From positions 288,001 through 352,000 of the forward strand of contig CAVYRH010000019.1 in assembly GCA_963770835.1 (NCBI GenBank): a stretch of 64,000 bases of DNA, given 5' to 3'. The notes under the pieces were generated by a model. It ran no database searches and was not told where the DNA came from. It was given only the letters and a program-made list of their open reading frames with translations. Position numbers and translations under genes: made by a program. How positions within the stretch are numbered: the first letter of the stretch is position 1; each line of letters begins with the position of its first letter. This document shows, one piece after another, positions 50,385 to 61,236 of this stretch. The DNA comes from an uncultured Pseudomonadota bacterium (GTDB lineage: Bacteria; Oederibacteriota; Muellerivitia; Muellerivitales; Muellerivitaceae).

Positions 50385-53300
50385 ATGTCCGGTTCAACCA
50401 TGCGTACCTTGGATGCCAATGAAGCCGCCGCTTACGTCGCTTTCCGCTTGAGCGAAATTTTCTGCATCTTCCCGATCACTCCCTCCTCCCCCATGGCTGA
50501 GTGGGTGGACGACTGGGCCGCCGCCGGCAAAGTCAACCTTTGGGGTGCGGCGCCCTCTATCATGGAAATGCAAAGCGAAGGCGGGGCGGCCGGCGCCCTG
50601 CACGGGGCCCTCCAGGGAGGCGCCCTGGCGGCGACCTTCACGGCCTCCCAAGGCCTCCTGCTCATGATCCCCGACATGTACAAAATCGCCGGGGAGCTCA
50701 CCCCCTGCGTCTTCCACGTCACGGCCCGCACCTTGGCCACCCACGCCCTTTCCATTTTTGGGGACCACTCGGATGTCATGGCCGTCCGGGGAACGGGTTT
50801 CGCGCTTCTGGCCTCCAACTCGGTGCAGGAAGCCGCCGACATGGCCCTGGTATCCCATGCCGCCACCCTGGAAACCCGGGTTCCTTTCCTCCACTTCTTC
50901 GACGGCTTCCGGACCTCCCATGAGGTGGCTAAGGCACTGCTCCCCACCGACGAGGAGATCTCAGCCGTCATCTCGGAAAGCGGCATTCGGGAACACCGCC
51001 TCCGTGCTCTGACCCCCGACCGCCCTCATTTAAGCGGCACCGCCCAGAACCCGGATGTCTTCTTCCAGGCCCGGGAAGCCAGCAACTCCTTTTACCAAGT
51101 CATTCCCGGGAAGGTCCAGGAAATCATGGACCGGCTGTCCGCCACTTGCGGGCGGGAGTACAAAATTTTCGAATACCATGGCGCGCCCGACGCCCGGCAG
51201 GTGATGGTGATCATGGGATCGGGGGCAGAGGTGGCCCACGAAACCGTAGATGCCCTGAATGCGGCCGGGGAAAAAGTGGGCGTGTTGAAGGTTAGATTGT
51301 TCAGGCCCTTTTCCGCCCGGCATTTCGTGGAAGCCCTGCCCCCCACGGTCCGCACCATCGGCGTGCTGGACCGCACCAAGGAACCCGGGGCCATGGGCGA
51401 ACCCCTTTACCAGGACGTCATCACGGCCATCGAGGAAACGGATGACTCGGGCCTCTTGCGTTACCATCCTAAGGTGGTGGGCGGCCGCTACGGCCTTTCC
51501 TCCAAGGAATTCACCCCCGCCATGGTCAAGGGCGTCTTCGACAACCTGAAAAAACAGGCGCCGAAGAACCACTTCACTATCGGTATCAAGGACGACGTCA
51601 CCCACACTTCCCTTTCCTACGAACCCAAGTTCACCACCGAAACCGACGACGTCTTCCGGGCGCTTTTTTACGGGCTCGGCGCCGACGGGACCGTCGGGGC
51701 CAACAAGAACACCATTAAGATCATCGGCGAGAACACGTCCAATTGGGCCCAGGGCTATTTTGTTTACGATTCCAAGAAGTCCGGCGCCATGACCGTTTCG
51801 CACTTACGGTTCGGGCCCCGGCCTATCCGCTCCGCCTACCTCATTACCCGGGCCCATTTCATCGGATGCCACCAGCCCCAGTTCATCGACCGTTATGACA
51901 TGCTGTCCAACCTGATGGAAGGCGGGACATTCCTCTTCAACACCTCCGTGGCGCCGGAAATAGTCTGGGAGTCCTTGCCCCGGCACGTCCAGGAACAGCT
52001 TCAACGGAAGAAAGCCAACTTCTACGTCATCGACGCCGACAAAGTGGCGGAAGAGGCGGGAATGGGCGGGCGCATCAACACCATCATGCAGGCCTGCTTT
52101 TTCGCCATTTCGGGCGTGCTTCCCAAGGAAGCGGCCTTGGAGGCCATCCGCAAATCCATCCGCAAGACCTACCAGAAGAAGGGTGAAAAGGTGGTGGAGG
52201 CCAATTTGAAGGCCGTGGACCATACCCTGGCCCACCTTCACAAGGTGGAGGTGGCAGGCCTTCATTTGAACGGCACCCCTTGGCGCCATGCCGTTTCCCA
52301 GGATGCGCCGGACTTCGTCAAGAACGTCCTGGGACGCATCATCGAGGGCCGGGGCGACGACTTGCCGGTTTCGGTCATGCCCGTGGACGGGACCTTCCCG
52401 ACTGGCACCTCACGCTACGAGAAACGCAACATCGCCCGGGAAGTCCCGGTATGGAACCCCGATTTGTGTATCCAATGCTCCCGCTGCGCCTTGGTTTGCC
52501 CCCATGCGGCAATTCGCGTGAACGCCTATGACGCCAAGACCGCCGCGGCCGCCCCGACGGCCTTTAAGTCGATGGACGCCCGGCACAAGGATTGGAAAGG
52601 CTGGAAATTTACCGTTCAGGTGGCTCCTGAGGATTGCACCGGCTGTACCCTCTGCGTGGATATCTGCCCAGGCAAGAGCAAGGAAGGCCCCACGGTCAAC
52701 GCTTTGCAAATGGTCTCCCAATCCCTGGTTTTGGAGAAGGAAAAGATCAATTGGGATTATTTCTTGACCCTGCCTACGCCCAACCCCGCCACGTTGAACC
52801 CTAAGCTGGTCATGCACCAGCAGACCCTGCCGCCCTATTTCGAATTTTCCGGGGCCTGTTCGGGCTGCGGCGAAACTCCCTACGTGAAGCTGGCTTCCCA
52901 ACTGGCCGGGGACCGAATGCTGGTGGCCAATGCCACGGGCTGTTCTTCCATTTACGGCGGGAACCTGCCCACCACCCCCTGGACCCAGGACAAAGCGGGC
53001 CGGGGACCGGCTTGGTCCAATTCCCTCTTTGAGGACAACGCCGAATTCGGGCTGGGACTGCGACTCTCGGTGGACCTTTTGAAAAAACGGGCCATCCAGC
53101 TTTTGAAGAACCTGGAGCCGGTGATCGGCAACGAAGTGGCGTCTCCCCTGCTTTCCGGGGACCAAAACACACCGGCGGGTATCGAATCCCAGCGCCAAAG
53201 GGTCAAGAAACTGAAGGAAGTCCTGGCCCGCAACGCCACCCCGGCGGCCGCCGAGCTTTTGAGCTTGGCCGACTACCTGGTGGACAAGAGTGTCTGGATC

Positions 53301-53969
53301 ATCGGCGGCGACGGCTGGGCCTATGACATCGGCTACGGCGGCTTGGACCACGTGCTGGCCTCTGGCCGCAATGTCAAGGTGCTAGTGCTGGACACGGAGG
53401 TTTATTCGAATACTGGCGGCCAAATGTCCAAGTCCACCCCCCTTTCCGCCGTGGCGCGCTTCGCGGCGGGCGGAAAGAAGACACCCAAGAAGGACCTGGG
53501 CCTTTTGGCCATGGGATACGGATCCATTTACGTAGCCTCCATCGCCCTGGGCGCCAACGACTCCCAAACCTTGAGGGCCTTCCAGGAGGCGCTTTCCTAC
53601 GAAGGCCCTTCCCTCATCATTGCCTACAGCCATTGCATTGCCCATGGCATCCGCATGGAGGACGGGTTCAAGCGGCAGAAGATGGCGGTCCAGACAGGCC
53701 AGTGGCTGCTCTACCGCTACGATCCCCGTCTGAAGGCCCAAGGGAAAAACCCGCTTCAGTTGGATTCACCCGAACCCAACCTGCCCCTGGAGCAATTCCT
53801 CACGACTGAAAACCGGTTCCGGGTTCTCTTGGACAGCCATCCCCAGGAAGCAAAGGAACTGGTGGCGGAGGCCCAGAAGGAAGTGCAGGAAAGGTACCGC
53901 CGTTACCACAATATGGCCTATGGCCAGCCGCAGGCCAATAACCCGTCGCCCGCCACCGTGGCGGGCTAA
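50385..53969 (+). CDS. nifJ: Pyruvate:ferredoxin (flavodoxin) oxidoreductase, single-chain type
   Basis: PITPSS, SEGGAAG, DGFRTSHE, two CxxCxxCxxxCP, GACSGCGETPY, GGDGWAYDIG; AGGAGG RBS. Confidence 0.97.
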   Translation: MSGSTMRTLDANEAAAYVAFRLSEIFCIFPITPSSPMAEWVDDWAAAGKVNLWGAAPSIMEMQSEGGAAGALHGALQGGALAATFTASQGLLLMIPDMYKIAGELTPCVFHVTARTLATHALSIFGDHSDVMAVRGTGFALLASNSVQEAADMALVSHAATLETRVPFLHFFDGFRTSHEVAKALLPTDEEISAVISESGIREHRLRALTPDRPHLSGTAQNPDVFFQAREASNSFYQVIPGKVQEIMDRLSATCGREYKIFEYHGAPDARQVMVIMGSGAEVAHETVDALNAAGEKVGVLKVRLFRPFSARHFVEALPPTVRTIGVLDRTKEPGAMGEPLYQDVITAIEETDDSGLLRYHPKVVGGRYGLSSKEFTPAMVKGVFDNLKKQAPKNHFTIGIKDDVTHTSLSYEPKFTTETDDVFRALFYGLGADGTVGANKNTIKIIGENTSNWAQGYFVYDSKKSGAMTVSHLRFGPRPIRSAYLITRAHFIGCHQPQFIDRYDMLSNLMEGGTFLFNTSVAPEIVWESLPRHVQEQLQRKKANFYVIDADKVAEEAGMGGRINTIMQACFFAISGVLPKEAALEAIRKSIRKTYQKKGEKVVEANLKAVDHTLAHLHKVEVAGLHLNGTPWRHAVSQDAPDFVKNVLGRIIEGRGDDLPVSVMPVDGTFPTGTSRYEKRNIAREVPVWNPDLCIQCSRCALVCPHAAIRVNAYDAKTAAAAPTAFKSMDARHKDWKGWKFTVQVAPEDCTGCTLCVDICPGKSKEGPTVNALQMVSQSLVLEKEKINWDYFLTLPTPNPATLNPKLVMHQQTLPPYFEFSGACSGCGETPYVKLASQLAGDRMLVANATGCSSIYGGNLPTTPWTQDKAGRGPAWSNSLFEDNAEFGLGLRLSVDLLKKRAIQLLKNLEPVIGNEVASPLLSGDQNTPAGIESQRQRVKKLKEVLARNATPAAAELLSLADYLVDKSVWIIGGDGWAYDIGYGGLDHVLASGRNVKVLVLDTEVYSNTGGQMSKSTPLSAVARFAAGGKKTPKKDLGLLAMGYGSIYVASIALGANDSQTLRAFQEALSYEGPSLIIAYSHCIAHGIRMEDGFKRQKMAVQTGQWLLYRYDPRLKAQGKNPLQLDSPEPNLPLEQFLTTENRFRVLLDSHPQEAKELVAEAQKEVQERYRRYHNMAYGQPQANNPSPATVAG

Positions 53970-53982
53970 AGAAAAGTCTTTC

Positions 53983-54074
53983 ACTACAGAGTTCACAGAG
54001 GTCACAGAGTAAGAATTTTTATGAAATTCTTAAGACCCCCTCTGTGTACTCTGTGAACTCTGTGGTTCAAGAGG
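53983..54074. repeat. ACAGAG-type palindromic repeat, copy 3 (opposite orientation)
   Basis: ACTACAGAGTTCACAGAGGTCACAGAG...CTCTGTGTACTCTGTGAACTCTGTGGTTCAAGAGG. Confidence 0.75.
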
Positions 54075-54091
54075 TTTTGTTAGGAGGAAAT

Positions 54092-55585
54092 ATGGAAACC
54101 AAAACCCAGTCATGGGCGTCCCAGCGGATCAATGAAAGCGAAGTGACCCCTTTCCTCGACGAGGGACGGGATTTCACCTCGACCCAAAGGGTCCTCGAGA
54201 ATTTGATCGAACCCCCGGAGCCCGATCCCCACCGGATTGAGGAAATCCTGGCGAAATCGCTCGACCTGAAGACCTTGGAGATGGAGGAACTGGCCGTTCT
54301 GTTGGCTGCCGAACCATCCAAGTGGAACGCCCGTTTCACGGAAACCGCCAGCCAGATCAAACGGAAGGTCTACGGCAACCGAGTGGTGGTTTTCGCTCCC
54401 CTCTACCTGGGAAGCAAGTGTGTCAACGCCTGCGTTTACTGCGGCTTCCGGAACGACAATTCGGCCGTCGAAAGGGTCGTTCTCAGCCAAGAGGAAGTGC
54501 GGAAGGAAGGCGAAGCACTGGCCGGAACCCTGGGTCACCGCCGGGTAACGGTGGTGACAGGCGAACACCCCGAAACCGACGTGGATTACCTGATCCGTTC
54601 CATCCAGACCCTTTACGGCGTGGAAATAAAAACCCGCACGGGACGGAAATCCGTCATCCGGCGCGTCAGCGTGACCGCGCCGCCCATGACCCAGGAGGAA
54701 CTGAGGCGCCTGAACGAGGCTGAGATCGGGGCCTACCAGGTCTTCCAGGAAACCTACCACCGGCCGACTTATAAGAAGGTTCACCCCCCCACCACGCCCA
54801 AAAGCAATTTCCTTTGGCGCCTCTACGCCCAACACCGGGCCATGGCCGCCGGGGTCTCCGACGTGGGACTGGGCGCCCTGTTCGGCCTTTACGACTGGCG
54901 TTATGAGGTCCTGGGCCTTTTGGCCCACGTGAGGGATTTGGAGGCCCGTTTTGGCATGGGCCCCCACAATATTTCCGTACCCCGCCTGGAACCGGCGGTC
55001 AACACGCCCTTCGCCGATAATCCTCCCGCCCAGGTTTCGGACGCCGATTTCCAGCGCATCGTCACCATCCTGCGCCTGGCCGTTCCTTACGTCGGCATCG
55101 TCGTCACCGCCCGGGAGACACCGGCCATCCGCACTCAGGCCCTGGAATGGGGCGCCACCCAAATGGACGCCTCCGCCCAGTGCGCGGTGGGCGGCTACGC
55201 GAAACAGCCGGCCCCCGGCGAGGGGGAAAAGCGCCGCCAATTCAGCCTTTCGGACGGCCGGAGCCTCCCCCAGTTCATCGGCGACTTGCTGGCGACGGGA
55301 CGCCTGCCGTCTTTCTGTACGGCGGGATTCCGCTGCGGCAGGACCGGCCAATGCCTGACCGAACGCCGGCAGTTGGAGCTGGAGGGGCCCTTTTGCCTCG
55401 TCAACTCGGTCCTGACTTTCAAGGAGTGGCTGGATGACTTCGGCCCCGAGGAAATGAAGCCCGCCTCCGAGAAGGCGATCCACCGTGAGATGGGGCTCAT
55501 CCGGAAGCACATGCCGCAGTTCTATCCGGTCTTCAAGGATGCTTATGACCGGCTGAACCAGGGCGAAAGCGACCTGTATTTTTAA
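54092..55585 (+). CDS. hydG: HydG-like radical SAM tyrosine lyase
   Basis: FAPLY..CVNACVYC, FQETYH, GPHNISVPR and C-terminal CX5CX19C; AGGAGG RBS. Confidence 0.85.
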   Translation: METKTQSWASQRINESEVTPFLDEGRDFTSTQRVLENLIEPPEPDPHRIEEILAKSLDLKTLEMEELAVLLAAEPSKWNARFTETASQIKRKVYGNRVVVFAPLYLGSKCVNACVYCGFRNDNSAVERVVLSQEEVRKEGEALAGTLGHRRVTVVTGEHPETDVDYLIRSIQTLYGVEIKTRTGRKSVIRRVSVTAPPMTQEELRRLNEAEIGAYQVFQETYHRPTYKKVHPPTTPKSNFLWRLYAQHRAMAAGVSDVGLGALFGLYDWRYEVLGLLAHVRDLEARFGMGPHNISVPRLEPAVNTPFADNPPAQVSDADFQRIVTILRLAVPYVGIVVTARETPAIRTQALEWGATQMDASAQCAVGGYAKQPAPGEGEKRRQFSLSDGRSLPQFIGDLLATGRLPSFCTAGFRCGRTGQCLTERRQLELEGPFCLVNSVLTFKEWLDDFGPEEMKPASEKAIHREMGLIRKHMPQFYPVFKDAYDRLNQGESDLYF

Positions 55586-55684
55586 ATGAGTTGTTTGAAA
55601 GATTTAACCGCACTTGGCGTTTTTGCGTCGTGGCGGTGGATATGATGGTGTTGTTCCCGAAGTAATAAAAATTTGGAGGGTTTG

Positions 55685-56338
55685 ATGCGCATCATTCTTT
55701 TAGGCGAGCCGGGGTCGGGAAAAGGCACTTGCTCGGCCGGGTTGGTGAAAAAATACGGCATCCCTCAAATTTCCACCGGGGACATGCTGCGCGCGGCAGT
55801 CAAGGCAGAAACCCCCTTGGGCCGCCAGGCCCAGGAATTCATGAAAAAGGGCGCCTTGGTCCCCGACGCCGTGGTAATCGGATTGATCCAGGCACGCCTC
55901 CAACAAGCGGACACCGTTAAGGGCTTCATTTTGGACGGCTTCCCCCGCACCGTGGCCCAGGCCCGGAGCCTGGAGGAAATGCTGCAGGACATGGGCATCG
56001 TGCTCTCGATTGTCGTGAAGATCGAGGTGAGCAAGGCGACCCTGCTTAAAAGGCTGACGGGGCGCAGGGTCTGTACCGGCTGCGGCGCGGTCTTCAACGT
56101 TGAAACCATGAAACCCAAGGTGGAGGGGATTTGCGACAAATGCGGGAAAGAACTCATCCAAAGAACCGATGACAAGCCTGAAACCATCGAGAACCGCCTG
56201 GCGGTTTACCAAAAAGACACCGCACCCCTCATCAAGTTTTACGAGGACCAAGGGCTGTTGAAGCGCGTTTCCTGCGACTGCTGTTATGAGGATGTCCAGA
56301 AGCGGCTTTCCCAGACCCTCGAAGCGGTCGGGGCTTAA
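55685..56338 (+). CDS. adk: Adenylate kinase with a zinc lid
   Basis: GEPGSGKGT, ISTGDMLR, LDGFPRT, CTGC/CDKC. Confidence 0.97.
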   Translation: MRIILLGEPGSGKGTCSAGLVKKYGIPQISTGDMLRAAVKAETPLGRQAQEFMKKGALVPDAVVIGLIQARLQQADTVKGFILDGFPRTVAQARSLEEMLQDMGIVLSIVVKIEVSKATLLKRLTGRRVCTGCGAVFNVETMKPKVEGICDKCGKELIQRTDDKPETIENRLAVYQKDTAPLIKFYEDQGLLKRVSCDCCYEDVQKRLSQTLEAVGA

Positions 56339-56361
56339 CCGGCGTTCCCCATCACCAGCGA

Positions 56362-57005
56362 ATGACTGTTCTGAGTTCCTACACCGGGGGGAGAAAATCC
56401 CGGCTCTTCCTTGGGGCCATGGGATCGGCCCTCTTCCTTCTCAATGGCTGTAATTCAAAACCTTATGGAAGGGCGCTCAACGGCTTCCGTTCCGTGGGTT
56501 TAGGCATGTCTCGGGCCGAAGTTTGGGAACGCCCGAGACCGATCCCACGTTCCGCCTTCCACCTTCCCAACCCGAACCCAACCGGTTTTCCGCCTTCACC
56601 ACCATCGGGGATTATGAGGCCTTTCTCCAATTCGACTTCGACCGCTCGGAGCGCCTTGCCGTCATCCGCATTTCGGTAGGGGAAGTGGGCCGGCGTTACG
56701 TGGACGACAAGGCCATCCCCTATTTCTACAATTGCCTTCGGACCAACCTCGGAAGGCCGTCAACAGCCTGGGATACTTTCGACAATCTGGACATCTATAC
56801 TTGGGACCTGCCGGGTGCCCGCCGTACCTTGGCCGCCATTCATTATTGGATTCCCACGGGAAAGTTCTTGCTGGTTTACATTACGGACCCCCAGAGGCCC
56901 CTGTCGGAGGAAATGGCACTTCGAAAATACGAGAATACGGGCCGGAAGTTCAGGAATTTGAACAAACCTCCAGAGAGCCAAACGGTACTTTCGGCTGATT
57001 TTTGA
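56362..57005 (+). pseudogene. Frameshifted hypothetical lipoprotein
   Basis: Lipobox LLNGC and LGMSRAEV in one frame; LGTPE... continues in another frame from 56523. Confidence 0.5.
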
Positions 57006-57049
57006 GGATGTTAAGCAAAAACTACCGATTAAATCTTCCAGCGGTCGTC

Positions 57050-57910
57050 CTATGCGAGGTCAGATTCTTCCGTCGCCGCCACGGCGGCCAATGGCGTCTG
57101 GGTGGCCGCCACCTGGACGCCACAGAACTTCTCGTAATCCTGAAGCTCATGGATGGTGGGGTTCTCGCCGCAGACCGGGCAAGCGGGGTCCTTGTGGATT
57201 TTCAGCTTCTTGAAACTCATATCCATGGAGTCATAAATGAGGAATTTTCCTACCAAGGGCTCGCCGGCCCCGGTGATGAGCTTGATGGCTTCCGTGGCCT
57301 GGAGCGTCCCCAGGGTTCCCACCATGGCCCCCATGACGCCGATTTGCGAGGCGGGCGGAAGAGTGCCGGGAGGGGGCGGCTCCGGGTAAAGGCAGCGGTA
57401 GCAGGGGCCTTCCTTTGGCTTGAAAACCGTTACCTGGCCCTCGAAGCGGAACACCGCGCTGTAGATGTTGGGCTTGCCTAAAAGGACCGCCGCGTCGTTG
57501 GTGAGGTAACGGGTGGGGAAGTTGTCGGGGGCGGTCACGATGAGGTCGTAATCCTTGAGGATCTCCATGATGTTGTCCCGTTTCAGGGCCATGTCATAGA
57601 CGTTCACTGTCACGTCGGGATTCAGGGCCCTCAGGCGCTTGGCCGCGACCTCGGCCTTGGGCCGGCCTACGTCCGCCGTGTTGAAGAGGATTTGCCGTTG
57701 GAGGTTGGAGGTATCCACCCGGTCGAAATCCACTAAACCAAGTGTGCCAACGCCTGCAGCAGCCAAGTAAAGGGAAGCCGGGCATCCCAGCCCGCCTGTT
57801 CCCGCCACCAGCACCCGGGCCTTGAGGAGTTTCTTTTGGCCCTCCTCGCCCACTTCAGGCAAGAGGATATGCCGGGCGTAGCGCTTGGCTTGGTCTTCGC
57901 TTAATATCAC
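57050..57910 (-). CDS. MoeB/ThiF-family adenylyltransferase
   Basis: RYARHILL, GTGGLG, SNLQRQ, DNF.TRY, CYRC and CPVC; no rhodanese domain; GTG start. Confidence 0.9.
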   Translation of the reverse strand: MILSEDQAKRYARHILLPEVGEEGQKKLLKARVLVAGTGGLGCPASLYLAAAGVGTLGLVDFDRVDTSNLQRQILFNTADVGRPKAEVAAKRLRALNPDVTVNVYDMALKRDNIMEILKDYDLIVTAPDNFPTRYLTNDAAVLLGKPNIYSAVFRFEGQVTVFKPKEGPCYRCLYPEPPPPGTLPPASQIGVMGAMVGTLGTLQATEAIKLITGAGEPLVGKFLIYDSMDMSFKKLKIHKDPACPVCGENPTIHELQDYEKFCGVQVAATQTPLAAVAATEESDLA

Positions 57911-57996
57911 TTTACTTCCCCCTTATTGAAGGAAAGGGACCTTGTGCGGTGTCATCCGCAGGGTCCCTTTCCTCTCTCTCCGTCAGAACGGCCGGC

Positions 57997-60552
<2,556 letters not shown>

Positions 60553-60633
60553 GACCCCATCTCCTCTCTAAGTTTTCTTTACTTTTCAGATTATCCTGCG
60601 ACTACCGGCTTCCAGGCCTGTTGCCACATCTTT

Positions 60634-61062
60634 TCAGGCCAGTTTTTTGATGATTGCCTCCACGGCTTGGTCGGCCCGATGCCGGGCCTCCTCGGTTATA
60701 CCCGTTCCCGGTGTAAAATCCTCCCCCAGGATGGTGCAGACGAAGGCGTTGGTTTTGATCCCATAGAGCATTTCGGACAGGTGTGTCACCAATCCGGGTA
60801 CCAGGGCGTGGGACATAGCGATGGAAACATCCCCCAAGATCGGCTGGACCGGGATCATTTGCATATCCGCCACCTGGACGCCCGCGTCGATAAAGATCAC
60901 GGGGCTGTAGCGGTGGATGTCGGGGACCAATTCCAGGGGAAGGTTGTTAAAAATACGGGTTTCCACGTTCGGAAGGTCGGCTTCCGCAACCCTTTCGGCG
61001 GCGTAAACCCCTATCCCATCGTCACCGCATTTGGGATTTCCGTAACCCACCACTAGTTTCAT
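60634..61062 (-). CDS. Second hydrogenase maturation protease
   Basis: VVGYGNPKCGDDGIG, IFIDA and MSH; GAGG RBS before ATG 61062. Confidence 0.85.
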   Translation of the reverse strand: MKLVVGYGNPKCGDDGIGVYAAERVAEADLPNVETRIFNNLPLELVPDIHRYSPVIFIDAGVQVADMQMIPVQPILGDVSIAMSHALVPGLVTHLSEMLYGIKTNAFVCTILGEDFTPGTGITEEARHRADQAVEAIIKKLA

Positions 61063-61143
61063 GATTTCCCCTCGCCACCGGCCGATTGCGGCCAAAACTT
61101 CCCTGTTCGAGCGCTTATCCTATGGCCGGGGTGGAGGACAATC

Positions 61144-61159
61144 TATGATGCTTCTCATA
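61144..61159 (-). promoter_or_regulatory. Perfect TATGA-N6-TCATA site upstream of the protease-hppA unit
   Basis: TATGATGCTTCTCATA; minus-strand TAGGAT starts at 61122. Confidence 0.65.
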
Positions 61160-61236
61160 ATAAAAAGGGATTTAGCGGGAGGAAAAAACCGAAGTGACAA
61201 CATCCGGTTTTTCACGTGCCTGGAGGCTGGTAAGGT

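Noticed and set aside
48043..54074. ACAGAG repeats as a possible CRISPR array
   Set aside because: Copies are kilobases apart, internally palindromic, without regular spacers, and no cas genes are present
54092..57910. ThiH plus ThiF as a thiazole biosynthesis pair
   Set aside because: Opposite strands, no thiS/thiG, and the radical SAM protein has the HydG-type C-terminal Cys motif
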